Positions 9,130 through 18,899 of a stretch of 64,000 nucleotides of DNA are shown here, in pieces. The DNA is from Synechococcus sp. Its GTDB lineage: Bacteria; Cyanobacteriota; Cyanobacteriia; PCC-6307; Cyanobiaceae. The first letter of the stretch is position 1; each line of letters starts with the position of its first letter. The notes beneath the pieces are model-generated. The model did not search any database. It was not told the DNA's origin and was given only the letters and a program-made list of their open reading frames with translations. The stretch is taken from assembly GCA_047285805.1 (NCBI GenBank), contig JBJBCN010000002.1:928001-992000 (forward strand), read 5' to 3'. The translations under genes were made by a program, and so were the position numbers.

Positions 9130-9363
9130 ATGACCGCCCCCCAAACCCCGAGCATCACCATTGGTGAGTTAGAGGCGAACTATCAGCTGTACTGCAAGGC
9201 ACTCAAGATGCTGATCGCAGAACAGCGCACCCTCAACAAAATCAAAAAGACGGTGTGCTGGGGGAAATTAGACACCCTCCATCGCTGCCTCCCCAGGCAG
9301 TACAAATCACCGGATTATCTCTACGCCCAACTGGTCAAAGCCAATTCCAAAACTGCTGAGTAA
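9130..9363 (+). CDS. DUF3136 family protein
   Basis: TIGELEANYQLYCKALK...TVCW...LH..LP..YKSP signature. Confidence 0.8.
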   Translation: MTAPQTPSITIGELEANYQLYCKALKMLIAEQRTLNKIKKTVCWGKLDTLHRCLPRQYKSPDYLYAQLVKANSKTAE

Positions 9364-9560
9364 TCCATCGCTCTTGCCGGACAGTTCGTCGACAAGAGAC
9401 CAACTAAGCCCGCATATGTATCCAATCGTGTGCGGGCTTAGTCTTGAGCCCATTCTTTTAAACGAAATACGTCGATTCAAGGCAAAGACTCCGCCGCGGC
9501 AGGCGCCAACCCATGATGGATAGAGCCCCGATGGGGCAACCCTGCGCTCAGGAGTGAGCG

Positions 9561-10247
9561 ATGGATCTCACCCCCTATCTCCAGACGCTCCAGGGAAGCA
9601 ACCTTGACGAGGTGCTCCTCTCCGTTGCCGTCAGCGGCAAGGTGGCCCTCGCAATGAAAGGGCGCTTCTTCCTGCGTTGCCTCTGCGAGAACTTCCGCGA
9701 GACCGAGCTGATTGGCTGCGCCGTCACCGACGAAAAGAGCTGCCTGGGCTATCTCGCCAAAGAGCCCTATGAGCTGCTGATCTGCACCGACTTTCTCGAG
9801 AGCGGCAGTGGCTTTGACCTCGCCAAGAAAGCGAAAGCGCTGCAGCCCCAGCTGAAGGTTGTGATGCTCTCCCTGGGGGATGCCATTCCGGTGGAACACT
9901 GCGAAGCACCCTGGCTGGAGGCGGTGGTGGCCGAGGCGGACTTCATCGAAGACCAAAAACCCCTTGAGGCCGCCGTCCTGGCCGTCATGGGAAATCACTC
10001 CTACCGGAGCCCCTCGCTGCGGTCCGGACAGCTGCCCTACCTGAGCTGCCCCCGGCTGACCCCAAGGGAGTACGAAGTGCTCGACCTGCTCGCCAGCGGG
10101 CTGACGGACCGGGAAATCGCCGAACAGCTGGTCGTCAGTGAAGAAACCGCGCGCACCTACACCAAACGTCTGCTGAAGACGCTGGAGGTCAACAACAGGG
10201 TCCAAGCCGTCCTCAAGGGAATGCGTTGCGGGATGGTGAAACTCTGA
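9561..10247 (+). CDS. LuxR/NarL-family regulator with atypical receiver domain
   Basis: C-terminal LTPREYEVL..LASGLTDREIAEQL LuxR HTH; degenerate receiver. Confidence 0.85.
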   Translation: MDLTPYLQTLQGSNLDEVLLSVAVSGKVALAMKGRFFLRCLCENFRETELIGCAVTDEKSCLGYLAKEPYELLICTDFLESGSGFDLAKKAKALQPQLKVVMLSLGDAIPVEHCEAPWLEAVVAEADFIEDQKPLEAAVLAVMGNHSYRSPSLRSGQLPYLSCPRLTPREYEVLDLLASGLTDREIAEQLVVSEETARTYTKRLLKTLEVNNRVQAVLKGMRCGMVKL

Positions 10248-10289
10248 GCCAAGGCGTGGCTAGAAACGAGATATCTGCCCCCGCCTGCC

Positions 10290-10574
10290 ATGGCCAGCCA
10301 CACCATCAAGCTTGAAGCGGGTGGTTCCTTTCCATGCAGCAGCGAGCAGTACATCCTGGATGCGGCCGAAGCCGCCGGACTGGAACTTCCCTTCTCCTGC
10401 CGGGCGGGGGCCTGCAGCAGCTGCGCCGCAAAAGTGCTGCAGGGCCGCGTGGACCAGGCCGACCAGAGCTTTCTCGATGAAGCACAAATCGAGCAGGGCT
10501 ACGCCTTGCTTTGCGTCAGCTATCCCCGCAGCGACTGCCTGATCAGACCCGACGTAGCCGCCGAGCTGAATTAA
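10290..10574 (+). CDS. petF: Plant-type 2Fe-2S ferredoxin
   Basis: [14 protein letters not shown]...DQSFLD...[10 protein letters not shown]. Confidence 0.92.
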   Translation: MASHTIKLEAGGSFPCSSEQYILDAAEAAGLELPFSCRAGACSSCAAKVLQGRVDQADQSFLDEAQIEQGYALLCVSYPRSDCLIRPDVAAELN

Positions 10575-10581
10575 GCCCAAG

Positions 10582-11388
10582 ATGCGCGCACCCCTGCCTG
10601 GAGCCGCCGCGATGGGTCTCGCCCGCGTTGTTCTGCCTGCTGCCCTGCTCTTGGCAGCGCTGCCGGTGCACCCCGGCCAAGCGGCTCCCGCCAAGTGTCC
10701 AAGCAGCACCGGACGCTTCGCGGTCTGGGGGGCCGGTGTCATCGCCAACCGCAAAACCCCAACCGCCCGGCTCATGGAGGAGCGCTGGCTCCCGGATGGG
10801 CGCGTCGAAGGACTGATCGTGGAGCGCCTCGGCCGCGACGAACGCCGCAGTGCCTATGGCGGTCAGCGGACGATCGGCAGCAACTGTGTCGCCGTCATCA
10901 AGCGCACGTTGCCCTGGGGTGTGGACCGCAGCGAAGTCGTGCTCGATAGTCGCGGCCGCCCCGTCTACGGCTTGATCCGCCACCCAGGACAGGTGCTGAG
11001 CGAGAGCTGGCTCCCGATGGCGACGGGCCGCTGCAACAAAGCCAACCTCAATGGTCTGGTGGTCAGCCGGCAGGTGGGCCTCAGCCAAGTCAATGGCGGC
11101 TGGAGCCCCAACGCCGTGGTGCAACGGGAACACTGGAGCAACGGCAGCGTGGAGGGCATCGCCCTCTCCAGCTACGGCGGAGACAACGAAACCGTCAGCT
11201 ACAACGGCGCCCTCAGCCTGAGCCCCAAGAGCTGCTGGGGAACGATCCAGGAAACCGACCAGACCGGACGGAGCTACAACTACAGTGCCCTGATCGTGAA
11301 CGGCCGCAGCAGCAAGGGCGCCCGCGGCTACCTCTACCTGCAGCGCGATCCGGCTGATCTGACCGTGGGCTGGTTGGTGCGCGACTAG
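10582..11388 (+). CDS. Hypothetical secreted protein with two repeated beta-rich domains
   Basis: Signal peptide; internal similarity between the two halves. Confidence 0.7.
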   Translation: MRAPLPGAAAMGLARVVLPAALLLAALPVHPGQAAPAKCPSSTGRFAVWGAGVIANRKTPTARLMEERWLPDGRVEGLIVERLGRDERRSAYGGQRTIGSNCVAVIKRTLPWGVDRSEVVLDSRGRPVYGLIRHPGQVLSESWLPMATGRCNKANLNGLVVSRQVGLSQVNGGWSPNAVVQREHWSNGSVEGIALSSYGGDNETVSYNGALSLSPKSCWGTIQETDQTGRSYNYSALIVNGRSSKGARGYLYLQRDPADLTVGWLVRD

Positions 11389-13439
11389 GCCTTCAACACC
11401 CGAGCGATCACGGCCGCCTGAGCAAACCCCATCGCGTGCAAACGCGCCAGGGCCGCCTCCGCCCGGGACGCCGGCAGGACCGCCAGCAGCGGTCCGCAGG
11501 TCTGGGGATCAATCCACAACTGCTGATCCACCGCCGTGGCGGGCGTCAGGCAACGCACGCACGCCACGGGGTCCAGGTGGGCCAAGGCCCGGGCGTTGGA
11601 GGGGGCCAGGGTGCTGGCCTGCCCCTGCTCGAGCAGAGCCCGCGCTCCAGGCAGGGCCGGAATGGCACCGGGGTCCAGCTCCACCACTTGGCCCGCTACG
11701 AGCATCTCAGCGAGGTGACCAAGCAGGCCAAAGCCCGTGATGTCCGTGCAGGCACGGCAACCGTGCTCCTGCAACAGCTCCACCAGGGGAGCTTGGTTCT
11801 GCTGCATCGTCTCCAAGGCGGAGTCGATCCACTCGGGCTTGGCGAGCCCGGCCATCGCCGCCGCGAACAGCACCCCGGTGCCGATCGGCCGGGTCAAGAG
11901 CAAAACCTGGCCGTCCTGCAGTGGGCCCTTGGGCCAGTGGCGCTCAGGGGCGACCGATCCATTGACGCTCAAGCTCAGCCCCAGGCCAGCGCCATCGCGT
12001 CCCTCCAGGGTGTGACCACCGAGCAACGGCACCCCGAGCGGATCGAGCACCGAGCGCACGCCGGCCAGGGTTTGAAAGAGCAGCTCCTGCTGCAGGGGGG
12101 CGGATGCCTCCGGCAGGGTGACTAGGGCCTGCACGCTCTGGAGCTGGGCACCACAGGCCCAGAGGTCGCTGCTGGCATGCAAGGTCGTCAACCGCGCATT
12201 CAGCCAGGGGTCATCCACCAGGGCCGGAAAGCCATCGAGGCTCTGCAGCAACAGCGCACCACTGGAGCTGAGAGCCAGCACTGCCGCATCCTCCGGCGGC
12301 GGGCAACCGGCCTCCGGCTCCAGCCTGGCCAGGGCGCGCTGGAGGGGATCCGCAGCGACCTTCGCGGCACAGCCCCGGCAGGCCATCGCCTCCCCGTCCG
12401 CCATGGCCGCGCCGCGCTCAAACCCCTTCATGAAGCGCCGATCGATGCGCTGCTTCCAGCGCCAGAGCAGCCGGTAGGGGCCAAGGGCCCTGGCCCCGTA
12501 GAAGGCAACGGCACGCGATCCTCCGTCACCGAGCAATTGCAGCGCCCGGGCCTGGGGACGCCAGGACCTTAATCTCCGCTGGGGCTCCTCGATGCTGCGC
12601 TTGAGGTTGCGGGCCAGCAGCGGCGCGGCGCGCACCGCCCAAACCCCCGAAGCGGGCCTGGGGTCGCGGCGAATCAAACCGCAGTCACCCGAAGCAAACA
12701 GCTGGGGATGGCCCTCCACCGCCAGGGTCGGCTCCGTCCAAACCCTGCCGCTCAGGGGATCGCAGGGCAGGCCGCTGGCCGCCAACCAAGGCGGCGCCTC
12801 CGAGCCGGTGCAGGCCAAATCCGCCGGCGTATCCGGGCCCACACGCCGGCTAAGGGGGATCCCCGCCTCGGCCAGCAGGCGCTCCCCGGCGCGGTTCGCC
12901 GCCGGCGAACCCAGGTGCAGCTGCTCAGCCCGCAGCAGCAAGCGGGGCTGATGGCCGCGGGTGACCAACGCGAGGGCCAGCTCCACCGCCGCGGCCCCGC
13001 CACCACGGATGCTGATCGCGCGCGGTGCCTGCTGCAGCCACGCCAGGAAGGGCTCCAGCGGTTTGACCCCGAGCTGCCCGGCTGCCTCCCGGGTCTGGCA
13101 GCCCACATCCAAGCTGAGGCGATCAAAGGCCAGCGGTGGCCGCCCGGCCAGCAGCAGCTGTGCGCCCGGCAGATCCAGCCCCGTGATCTCGGCTCGAACA
13201 AAGGTGACACCGGCTCGCGCGCAGAGATCGCGCAGATCAATCGAGCACTCACTCAGGCCGTAGAGCCCCGCCACCAGACCCGGCACCATCCCCGAATAGA
13301 GGGCCGTGCTGCCGCGATTCACCAGCACCACTTGGGTGTCCTTGGGCTTGAGCTGCGGCCGCATCAACCAACGCCGCAGCAAAAGGGCGTGGCTGTGGCC
13401 ACCACCTGCCAGAAGCAGCAGCTGGCGGGGACGGGTCAT
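11385..13439 (-). CDS. selD: Selenide, water dikinase SelD fused to an N-terminal FAD-dependent oxidoreductase
   Basis: N-term GGGHSH and YSGMVPG; SelD half MACRGCAAKV, SDLWACG, GGHT, TDITGFGLLGH, DPQTCGPLL. Confidence 0.92.
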   Translation of the reverse strand: MTRPRQLLLLAGGGHSHALLLRRWLMRPQLKPKDTQVVLVNRGSTALYSGMVPGLVAGLYGLSECSIDLRDLCARAGVTFVRAEITGLDLPGAQLLLAGRPPLAFDRLSLDVGCQTREAAGQLGVKPLEPFLAWLQQAPRAISIRGGGAAAVELALALVTRGHQPRLLLRAEQLHLGSPAANRAGERLLAEAGIPLSRRVGPDTPADLACTGSEAPPWLAASGLPCDPLSGRVWTEPTLAVEGHPQLFASGDCGLIRRDPRPASGVWAVRAAPLLARNLKRSIEEPQRRLRSWRPQARALQLLGDGGSRAVAFYGARALGPYRLLWRWKQRIDRRFMKGFERGAAMADGEAMACRGCAAKVAADPLQRALARLEPEAGCPPPEDAAVLALSSSGALLLQSLDGFPALVDDPWLNARLTTLHASSDLWACGAQLQSVQALVTLPEASAPLQQELLFQTLAGVRSVLDPLGVPLLGGHTLEGRDGAGLGLSLSVNGSVAPERHWPKGPLQDGQVLLLTRPIGTGVLFAAAMAGLAKPEWIDSALETMQQNQAPLVELLQEHGCRACTDITGFGLLGHLAEMLVAGQVVELDPGAIPALPGARALLEQGQASTLAPSNARALAHLDPVACVRCLTPATAVDQQLWIDPQTCGPLLAVLPASRAEAALARLHAMGFAQAAVIARVLKA

Positions 13440-14869
13440 GGCCGCTCGTGGGCCGCATCACCCAGATCGACGCCCTTGGTCTCAATGCGATAGATCCAGG
13501 TCACCGCGGCGCCCACGAGCGAGGAGAGCACCAGCAGCGGCAGCAGCCGTTGCGTGCCCCATTGCGCCAAGAGGACTGGAAACAGAAAGGCCGTGAGCAC
13601 GGCGCCGACCTTTCCTGCCGCGGCCGCCACGCCAGCCCCCAAGCCCCGCAGATGGGTCGGGAAGAGCTCACCAGCCAACAGATAGGTCTGGGCATTGGGC
13701 CCGACATTGGTCATGAACTGGAAGACCACAAAGCCGGCCAGGATCAAGGGCAGGCTTTGGCCAAAGGGGCCATCACCAGAGCCCAAGGCCGCCAAGGCCA
13801 AACCAAGGGCACAGCCGATGAAACCAAGGATCTGCAGGGGGATGCGGCCCCAGCGATCCGCCAGGGCAATCGCCACCGCGATCCCAGCGACGAAGGCCAG
13901 GTCGACCAAGGCCGCCCCCTTGGCTCCGAGCAGGTCATCATGGATGACTGCGCTGACGCTGTGGCCGCCCAACTCGGTGCCAAAGACAGCACCGATGATC
14001 ACCGGGGTGAAGATCCCAATGCCGTAGGTCGAGATGTCCTGAAGGAACCACGGCACCGAGGCAAGCACCGTGGCCCGTAGGAGTCGGCCTTGGAACAGCT
14101 CCCGCCAGGAGCCGTGGGCGGCAGAGGCGCCCTCTGTGGGGTGGAGGTCCACGTCGGAGCGGTTCAAGAGCAGCCCCAACTGCTGTTCGGCGCCGCGGAG
14201 GTCACCGCGGGAAGCCAACCAGTGGCTGCTCTCCGGCAGCAGCAATCGCCCCCATGCCACCAGGGCAACGGGAATCACCGGATAGAAGTAGAAGCTGCGC
14301 CAGGCCTGCAGTTCAGGGCTTACGAGCAACACGCCAATTCCCAAGGCGGTGGCCGCCAGCGCCCCCAGGGCCTGAAAACTGAAGGCCCCAAGCACCAAGC
14401 GACCCCGGATCGCCGAGGGGATCGATTCAGAAATCACCAGATGGGCCGTGGGGTAGTCCGCCCCGAGGGCTACCCCCACCAAGAGCAAACAGACCAGCAG
14501 CAGGCCAAAACTCGGACTGAAGGCCGCACCGATCAAGCCCAGCAACAGCAGGAGCATCTCAGCGATGAAGACCGGTTTTCGCCCCCAGCGATCCGCCAAC
14601 CCGCCCAAGACCAGGGCACCGAGCAGGATCCCGAAGAGGGGAGCCGCCGTGAGCAGGCCGCGTTCCGCCGTGTTGAGGGCGAATTCCTCGTGGACCAACG
14701 GCAGGGCAATGCCGCCGATGAAGACGATGAAGCCTTCGAAAAACTTGCCAGCCGAGGCCAGAAGCCAGACCAACCACTGCATCGAGGAGAGGGGCGGACC
14801 GGCCAGATCGTCCCCGCTGGACCAGCGGGGCACCTCTTCGATGTAGCCCTGAACCTGACGCCGCTCCAT
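13436..14869 (-). CDS. MFS transporter (sugar-porter / phosphate:H+ symporter-like)
   Basis: GGLADRWGRK repeated motif, GADYP, ELFPTHLRG. Confidence 0.88.
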   Translation of the reverse strand: MERRQVQGYIEEVPRWSSGDDLAGPPLSSMQWLVWLLASAGKFFEGFIVFIGGIALPLVHEEFALNTAERGLLTAAPLFGILLGALVLGGLADRWGRKPVFIAEMLLLLLGLIGAAFSPSFGLLLVCLLLVGVALGADYPTAHLVISESIPSAIRGRLVLGAFSFQALGALAATALGIGVLLVSPELQAWRSFYFYPVIPVALVAWGRLLLPESSHWLASRGDLRGAEQQLGLLLNRSDVDLHPTEGASAAHGSWRELFQGRLLRATVLASVPWFLQDISTYGIGIFTPVIIGAVFGTELGGHSVSAVIHDDLLGAKGAALVDLAFVAGIAVAIALADRWGRIPLQILGFIGCALGLALAALGSGDGPFGQSLPLILAGFVVFQFMTNVGPNAQTYLLAGELFPTHLRGLGAGVAAAAGKVGAVLTAFLFPVLLAQWGTQRLLPLLVLSSLVGAAVTWIYRIETKGVDLGDAAHERP

Positions 14870-15613
14870 TTAGGCAATCTGCCTGAGGAATTGCCGCGTG
14901 CGCTCGTGTTGTGGCGCGCTGAAGAACTGCTCGGGCGGCGCAATCTCGACCACTTCCCCCTCCGCCATCAGCACCACCCGGCTGGCCACTTGACGGGCAA
15001 AGCGCACCTCGTGGGTGACGACCACCATGGTCATGCCTTCGCGGGCCAGTTCCTGCATCACCTCCAGCACCTCCTGCACCATCTCCGGGTCAAGAGCACT
15101 GGTGGGTTCGTCGAAGAGCATCACCCGCGGCTCCATGCAGAGGGAACGGGCAATCGCGACCCGTTGCTGCTGACCGCCGGAAAGCTGGCCGGGGTATTTG
15201 TGCGCCTGCTCGCGGATATTCACCCGCTCCAGCAGCTCCAGGGCCTCGCCCTCAACCTCTGCCTTCTCCCGCTTGCGCACCAGCACGGGCGCCAGGCAGA
15301 GGTTCTCGAGCACCGTCAGGTGCGGGAAAAGGTTGAACTGTTGAAAGACCATCCCCACCTCCCGGCGGATTGCATCGATGTTGCGCACGTCATCGGAGAG
15401 CGCCATCCCATCGACGACGATCTCTCCCCCTTGGAAATCCTCGAGGGCATTGAAGGTGCGAATGAAGGTGCTCTTACCGGAGCCGGAAGGCCCCATGATC
15501 ACGACCACCTCACCGCGGTAGACGTTCAAATCCACACCCCGGAGGGCGTGGTAGCCGTTGGGGTACCACTTCTCGACCCCGCGGGCCTCGATCATCACAT
15601 CGCGATCCGTCAT
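14870..15613 (-). CDS. Amino-acid ABC transporter ATP-binding protein (AapP/BgtA-like)
   Basis: GPSGSGKST, LSGGQQQRVAIAR, FDEPTSALDPE. Confidence 0.93.
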   Translation of the reverse strand: MTDRDVMIEARGVEKWYPNGYHALRGVDLNVYRGEVVVIMGPSGSGKSTFIRTFNALEDFQGGEIVVDGMALSDDVRNIDAIRREVGMVFQQFNLFPHLTVLENLCLAPVLVRKREKAEVEGEALELLERVNIREQAHKYPGQLSGGQQQRVAIARSLCMEPRVMLFDEPTSALDPEMVQEVLEVMQELAREGMTMVVVTHEVRFARQVASRVVLMAEGEVVEIAPPEQFFSAPQHERTRQFLRQIA

Positions 15614-15621
15614 GGCAAGCC

Positions 15622-16833
15622 TCAGGCGGGTTGGGGGTTGGTGTTCAGGCGGGTTTCCAGGGCGCGGCTCCCCAAACCCAAGGCAGCGCAGCAGCACCAA
15701 AACAGCACCGCCAGCACCAGATAGACCTCGGCGTCTTTACCGATAAAGGCCGGATTGGCCATGACCGCCCGGGCGGTCCCCAGCAGCTCAAACAGGCCGA
15801 TCAGCGAGAGCAAGGTGGTGTCTTGCAGCAGGTTGATGAACTGCCCGACCATGGCCGGCAGGGCCACCCGCAGGGCCTGGGGCAAGACCACCTTGAGCAT
15901 CGCCTGATGGACCGGCAAGCCCAGGGCGCGGGCCGCTTCCATCTGACCGGGGGGCAAGGCCACAAGTCCAGAGCGAACGGCTTCGGCGACATAGGCCGCC
16001 GCAAAGAAGGTCAGCACCCAGGCCGCCCGCCAGACCCGATCCGGGGTGAAGCCGCCCGGCAGCAGCAAGCCCAGGATGTTCTGCCCCAAAAAGAGCAGGG
16101 TGATCAACGGCGCGCCGCGGATGAACTCGATGTAAAGCACGGAAAGCCAACGCAACAGCGGCAGGCTGCTGCGCCGGCCCAGGGCGAGCAGCACCCCGAG
16201 GGGAAAGCAGAGCAGGATCGAGAAGCAGGCCTCAATCAAGGTCAACAGCAATCCCCCCCAGCGATAGGGGGAGACCGCAGGCACGCCGAATCCACCGGCA
16301 ATCAAGGTCATGCCAAGGAGATAAAGCAGCGGCCAGATCAATGGCCAACCGCGGCGGGCGATGGCGGGCAGGGCCGTACCCCAACGCCCGGCCAACCAAC
16401 GGCAGGCCAGCACAAGGGCCGTGATCGACCACCAGCGCAGGGCGATGGCAGCGCTCAACTGCAAGAAGAGCGGAACGAGCACACCCAAGCCGCTCAGCAG
16501 GCCCACCGCCAAACGGTCATTGGCGGGCCAGAGGACCGCGCGGCGATCGGGGCGGGGCAAGGCGCGCAGCAACCCCCAGCTCAAACCCGTGGCCCCCGCT
16601 AGCAGCCTGGTCAGCAACCAGAGGCGCCACTGCTGATCCAGTGGGTAGCGGCCGACAGCGAACAGGGTGCTGTTGACCTGGATGACCGCCCACTGGGCCT
16701 TGAACACCAGCCAGTGCAGCAGGGCCTGGCCGCCGGCCAACAAGGCCGCCAGCAGAACAACCGTGATCAGGCCATCGAGGGGAGAGGCGAAGAAAGCGGC
16801 CCGCAGCCGCTGCAGCGCAGAGGGACGGTCCAT
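15622..16833 (-). CDS. Amino-acid ABC transporter permease (AapM/NatH-like)
   Basis: WGGLLLTL, YIEFIRGAPLI, GQMEAARALG. Confidence 0.9.
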   Translation of the reverse strand: MDRPSALQRLRAAFFASPLDGLITVVLLAALLAGGQALLHWLVFKAQWAVIQVNSTLFAVGRYPLDQQWRLWLLTRLLAGATGLSWGLLRALPRPDRRAVLWPANDRLAVGLLSGLGVLVPLFLQLSAAIALRWWSITALVLACRWLAGRWGTALPAIARRGWPLIWPLLYLLGMTLIAGGFGVPAVSPYRWGGLLLTLIEACFSILLCFPLGVLLALGRRSSLPLLRWLSVLYIEFIRGAPLITLLFLGQNILGLLLPGGFTPDRVWRAAWVLTFFAAAYVAEAVRSGLVALPPGQMEAARALGLPVHQAMLKVVLPQALRVALPAMVGQFINLLQDTTLLSLIGLFELLGTARAVMANPAFIGKDAEVYLVLAVLFWCCCAALGLGSRALETRLNTNPQPA

Positions 16834-17789
16834 CAACGGCTCCTCAGCTGCACGGCCCGATTCAGCCCGTTCATCAAGGACGAGATCACCAGGTCAATCG
16901 CCAGGTACGCCCCCAGCAGGATCACCATCACCTCCACGGCCCGGCCGGTTTGGTTCAAGGTCGTCTCCGCCACCGAGTAGAGGTCCGCGTAGCCGCAGGC
17001 GATGGCCAGCGACGAGCTCTTCGCCAGGGAGATGTACTGGTTATTCAGGCCGGGAACAATCACCGGCAGGGCCTGGGGCAGCACCACTCGCCGCAGGGTT
17101 TGCATGGGCGTGAAACCCAAGGAGCGGGCCGCCTCCCATTGTCCCTTGGGCACCGAGGCAATCCCGCCGCGCACCACCTCGGAGATGAAGGCGGAGATGT
17201 AGACGATCAAGCCCGTCAGCAGAGCGGCGAATTCAACGCTCAGGCGAATCGGCGCCTGCCAGACCCCGTTCACCAATTCGGGCATCCCCAGGTAGAGGCC
17301 CGACTGGGCCAGCACCAGCCCGGGCCACTGGATCGCATTGGCCCCACCGGGCAGGGCCAGAAAGACCACAAAATACCAAAACACCAACTGCAGCAGCAGC
17401 GGGATGTTGCGGATCAACTCGACGTAGACCCGCGCCAGCCCCCGCAGCAGGGCATTGCCGCTGAAGGAGGCCACCCCGACGGCGGTGCCGACGATCGAAG
17501 CGCCAATCAGACCGATGACGACAACCCGCAGGGTGTTGACCAGTCCGGCCAGCAGGGCCCACCAGTAGGGCTGCTCCGCGCTGAAGGGCAACCAACTGCC
17601 GGCGATGTCAAAGCCGGCGGGGTTACCGATCCAGCGCCAGGTCAGCAACAACCCAGCCGCCGCTAAGTTGCGCACCAAATTGCCCACGAGGAAGGCCACC
17701 AGGACGAGCACCAGCAGCCCGACGGCGGCCTGAACCAGCCACGGGATCAGGCGGCGGTTGCGCCACCAAGGGGTGACCGGTGGCCTCAT
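16833..17789 (-). CDS. Amino-acid ABC transporter permease (AapQ/NatG-like)
   Basis: GLVNTL, YVELIRNIPLLLQL, GQWEAARSLG; TGATG coupling. Confidence 0.9.
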   Translation of the reverse strand: MRPPVTPWWRNRRLIPWLVQAAVGLLVLVLVAFLVGNLVRNLAAAGLLLTWRWIGNPAGFDIAGSWLPFSAEQPYWWALLAGLVNTLRVVVIGLIGASIVGTAVGVASFSGNALLRGLARVYVELIRNIPLLLQLVFWYFVVFLALPGGANAIQWPGLVLAQSGLYLGMPELVNGVWQAPIRLSVEFAALLTGLIVYISAFISEVVRGGIASVPKGQWEAARSLGFTPMQTLRRVVLPQALPVIVPGLNNQYISLAKSSSLAIACGYADLYSVAETTLNQTGRAVEVMVILLGAYLAIDLVISSLMNGLNRAVQLRSR

Positions 17790-18862
17790 CAGCGGAAGGG
17801 GGGCGAGTAGATCAGACCGCCATCGGTCCACTGACGGTTGGTGCCCCGCGCGAGGTTGATGCTGGTGTTCACGCCCAGGTTGCGATCAAAGATCTCGCCG
17901 TAGTTGCCGGTGGCCTTGATCACCTGAACAACGAAGTCAGCCGGCAAACCCAGCTGCTGGCCCAGCTGACCATCCACCCCCAGGAAGCGACGCAGATCGG
18001 CCTGGTTGGGATCGGCCGTTGCTTCGGCGAGCTTGCCCTCGACATTGGCCTGGGTGATGCCGGACTCCTCCGCCTGCATTAACGCGAAGGTGATCCAGCG
18101 CACCGCGTCGGCCCAGACCGGATCGCCATTCACCGTGGCCGTGGCCAGGGGCTCCTTGCTGAGGTCACCGGCCAACAGCATGTGGGCCTTGGGGTCGAGG
18201 AAGCTGCTGCGCTTGGCCGCGAGCAAAGCCCGATCGCTGGTGACCGCCACGCAGCGCCCCTGGAGGTAGGCCGCGTAGGTCTGGCCGTCGTTCTGAAACT
18301 TCAGCGGCATGTAGGCGGCGTTGAGCTCGCGCATCCGATCGGCGAGGTTCAACTCCGTTGTGGTGCCTGTGGTCACGCAGATCGGTTTGCCAGCCAACTG
18401 CTTCAGCGTGGTGATGCCGCTGCCGGCGTTCACCATCACGGCCTGGCCGCCATAGAAGTGAATCGGGCCAAAGCTCAGGGCGTTGCCCCCCGCCGCATCG
18501 CGGCTCAGGGTCATCGTGGTGCTGCGGGAGAGCAGATCCACCTCACCGCTGTTCACCGCCGCAAAGCGCTCACTGGCGCTGAGGTCACGGAACTGCACCC
18601 GACCTGGATCGCTGAGCAAACCCGCGGCCACGGCCCGGCAGAGGTCCACCTCGAAGCCCTGGTAGCGGCCATCCGGGGCGACAAAGCTGAAGCCCGGCAA
18701 CTTGCCATCAACGCCGCAGACCAATTCGCCCCGCGCCTTCACCGCGGCCAGCTTTTGGCTTTGCAGCCCGGAGCCCTCCACTGCACAACCGGTCAGGGCC
18801 AGGCCAGCGAGCAGAGAAACGGCTCGAAACACCTTGCCGATGAGCGAGAGGGGATGGGGCAT
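17789..18862 (-). CDS. Amino-acid ABC transporter substrate-binding lipoprotein (AapJ/NatF-like)
   Basis: Lipobox LTGC, LVCGVDGKLPGFS, GNYGEIFDRN, GGLIYSPPFR. Confidence 0.92.
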   Translation of the reverse strand: MPHPLSLIGKVFRAVSLLAGLALTGCAVEGSGLQSQKLAAVKARGELVCGVDGKLPGFSFVAPDGRYQGFEVDLCRAVAAGLLSDPGRVQFRDLSASERFAAVNSGEVDLLSRSTTMTLSRDAAGGNALSFGPIHFYGGQAVMVNAGSGITTLKQLAGKPICVTTGTTTELNLADRMRELNAAYMPLKFQNDGQTYAAYLQGRCVAVTSDRALLAAKRSSFLDPKAHMLLAGDLSKEPLATATVNGDPVWADAVRWITFALMQAEESGITQANVEGKLAEATADPNQADLRRFLGVDGQLGQQLGLPADFVVQVIKATGNYGEIFDRNLGVNTSINLARGTNRQWTDGGLIYSPPFR

Positions 18863-18899
18863 CAATCGGAGCTCATTTCGCGAATTGTGCCATCGGTTT

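Noticed and set aside
14090..15724. Long antisense ORFs (e.g. 14090-15724, 32609-34147, 37605-39173, 4177-5247)
   Set aside because: Shadows of real GC-rich genes on the opposite strand with no motifs
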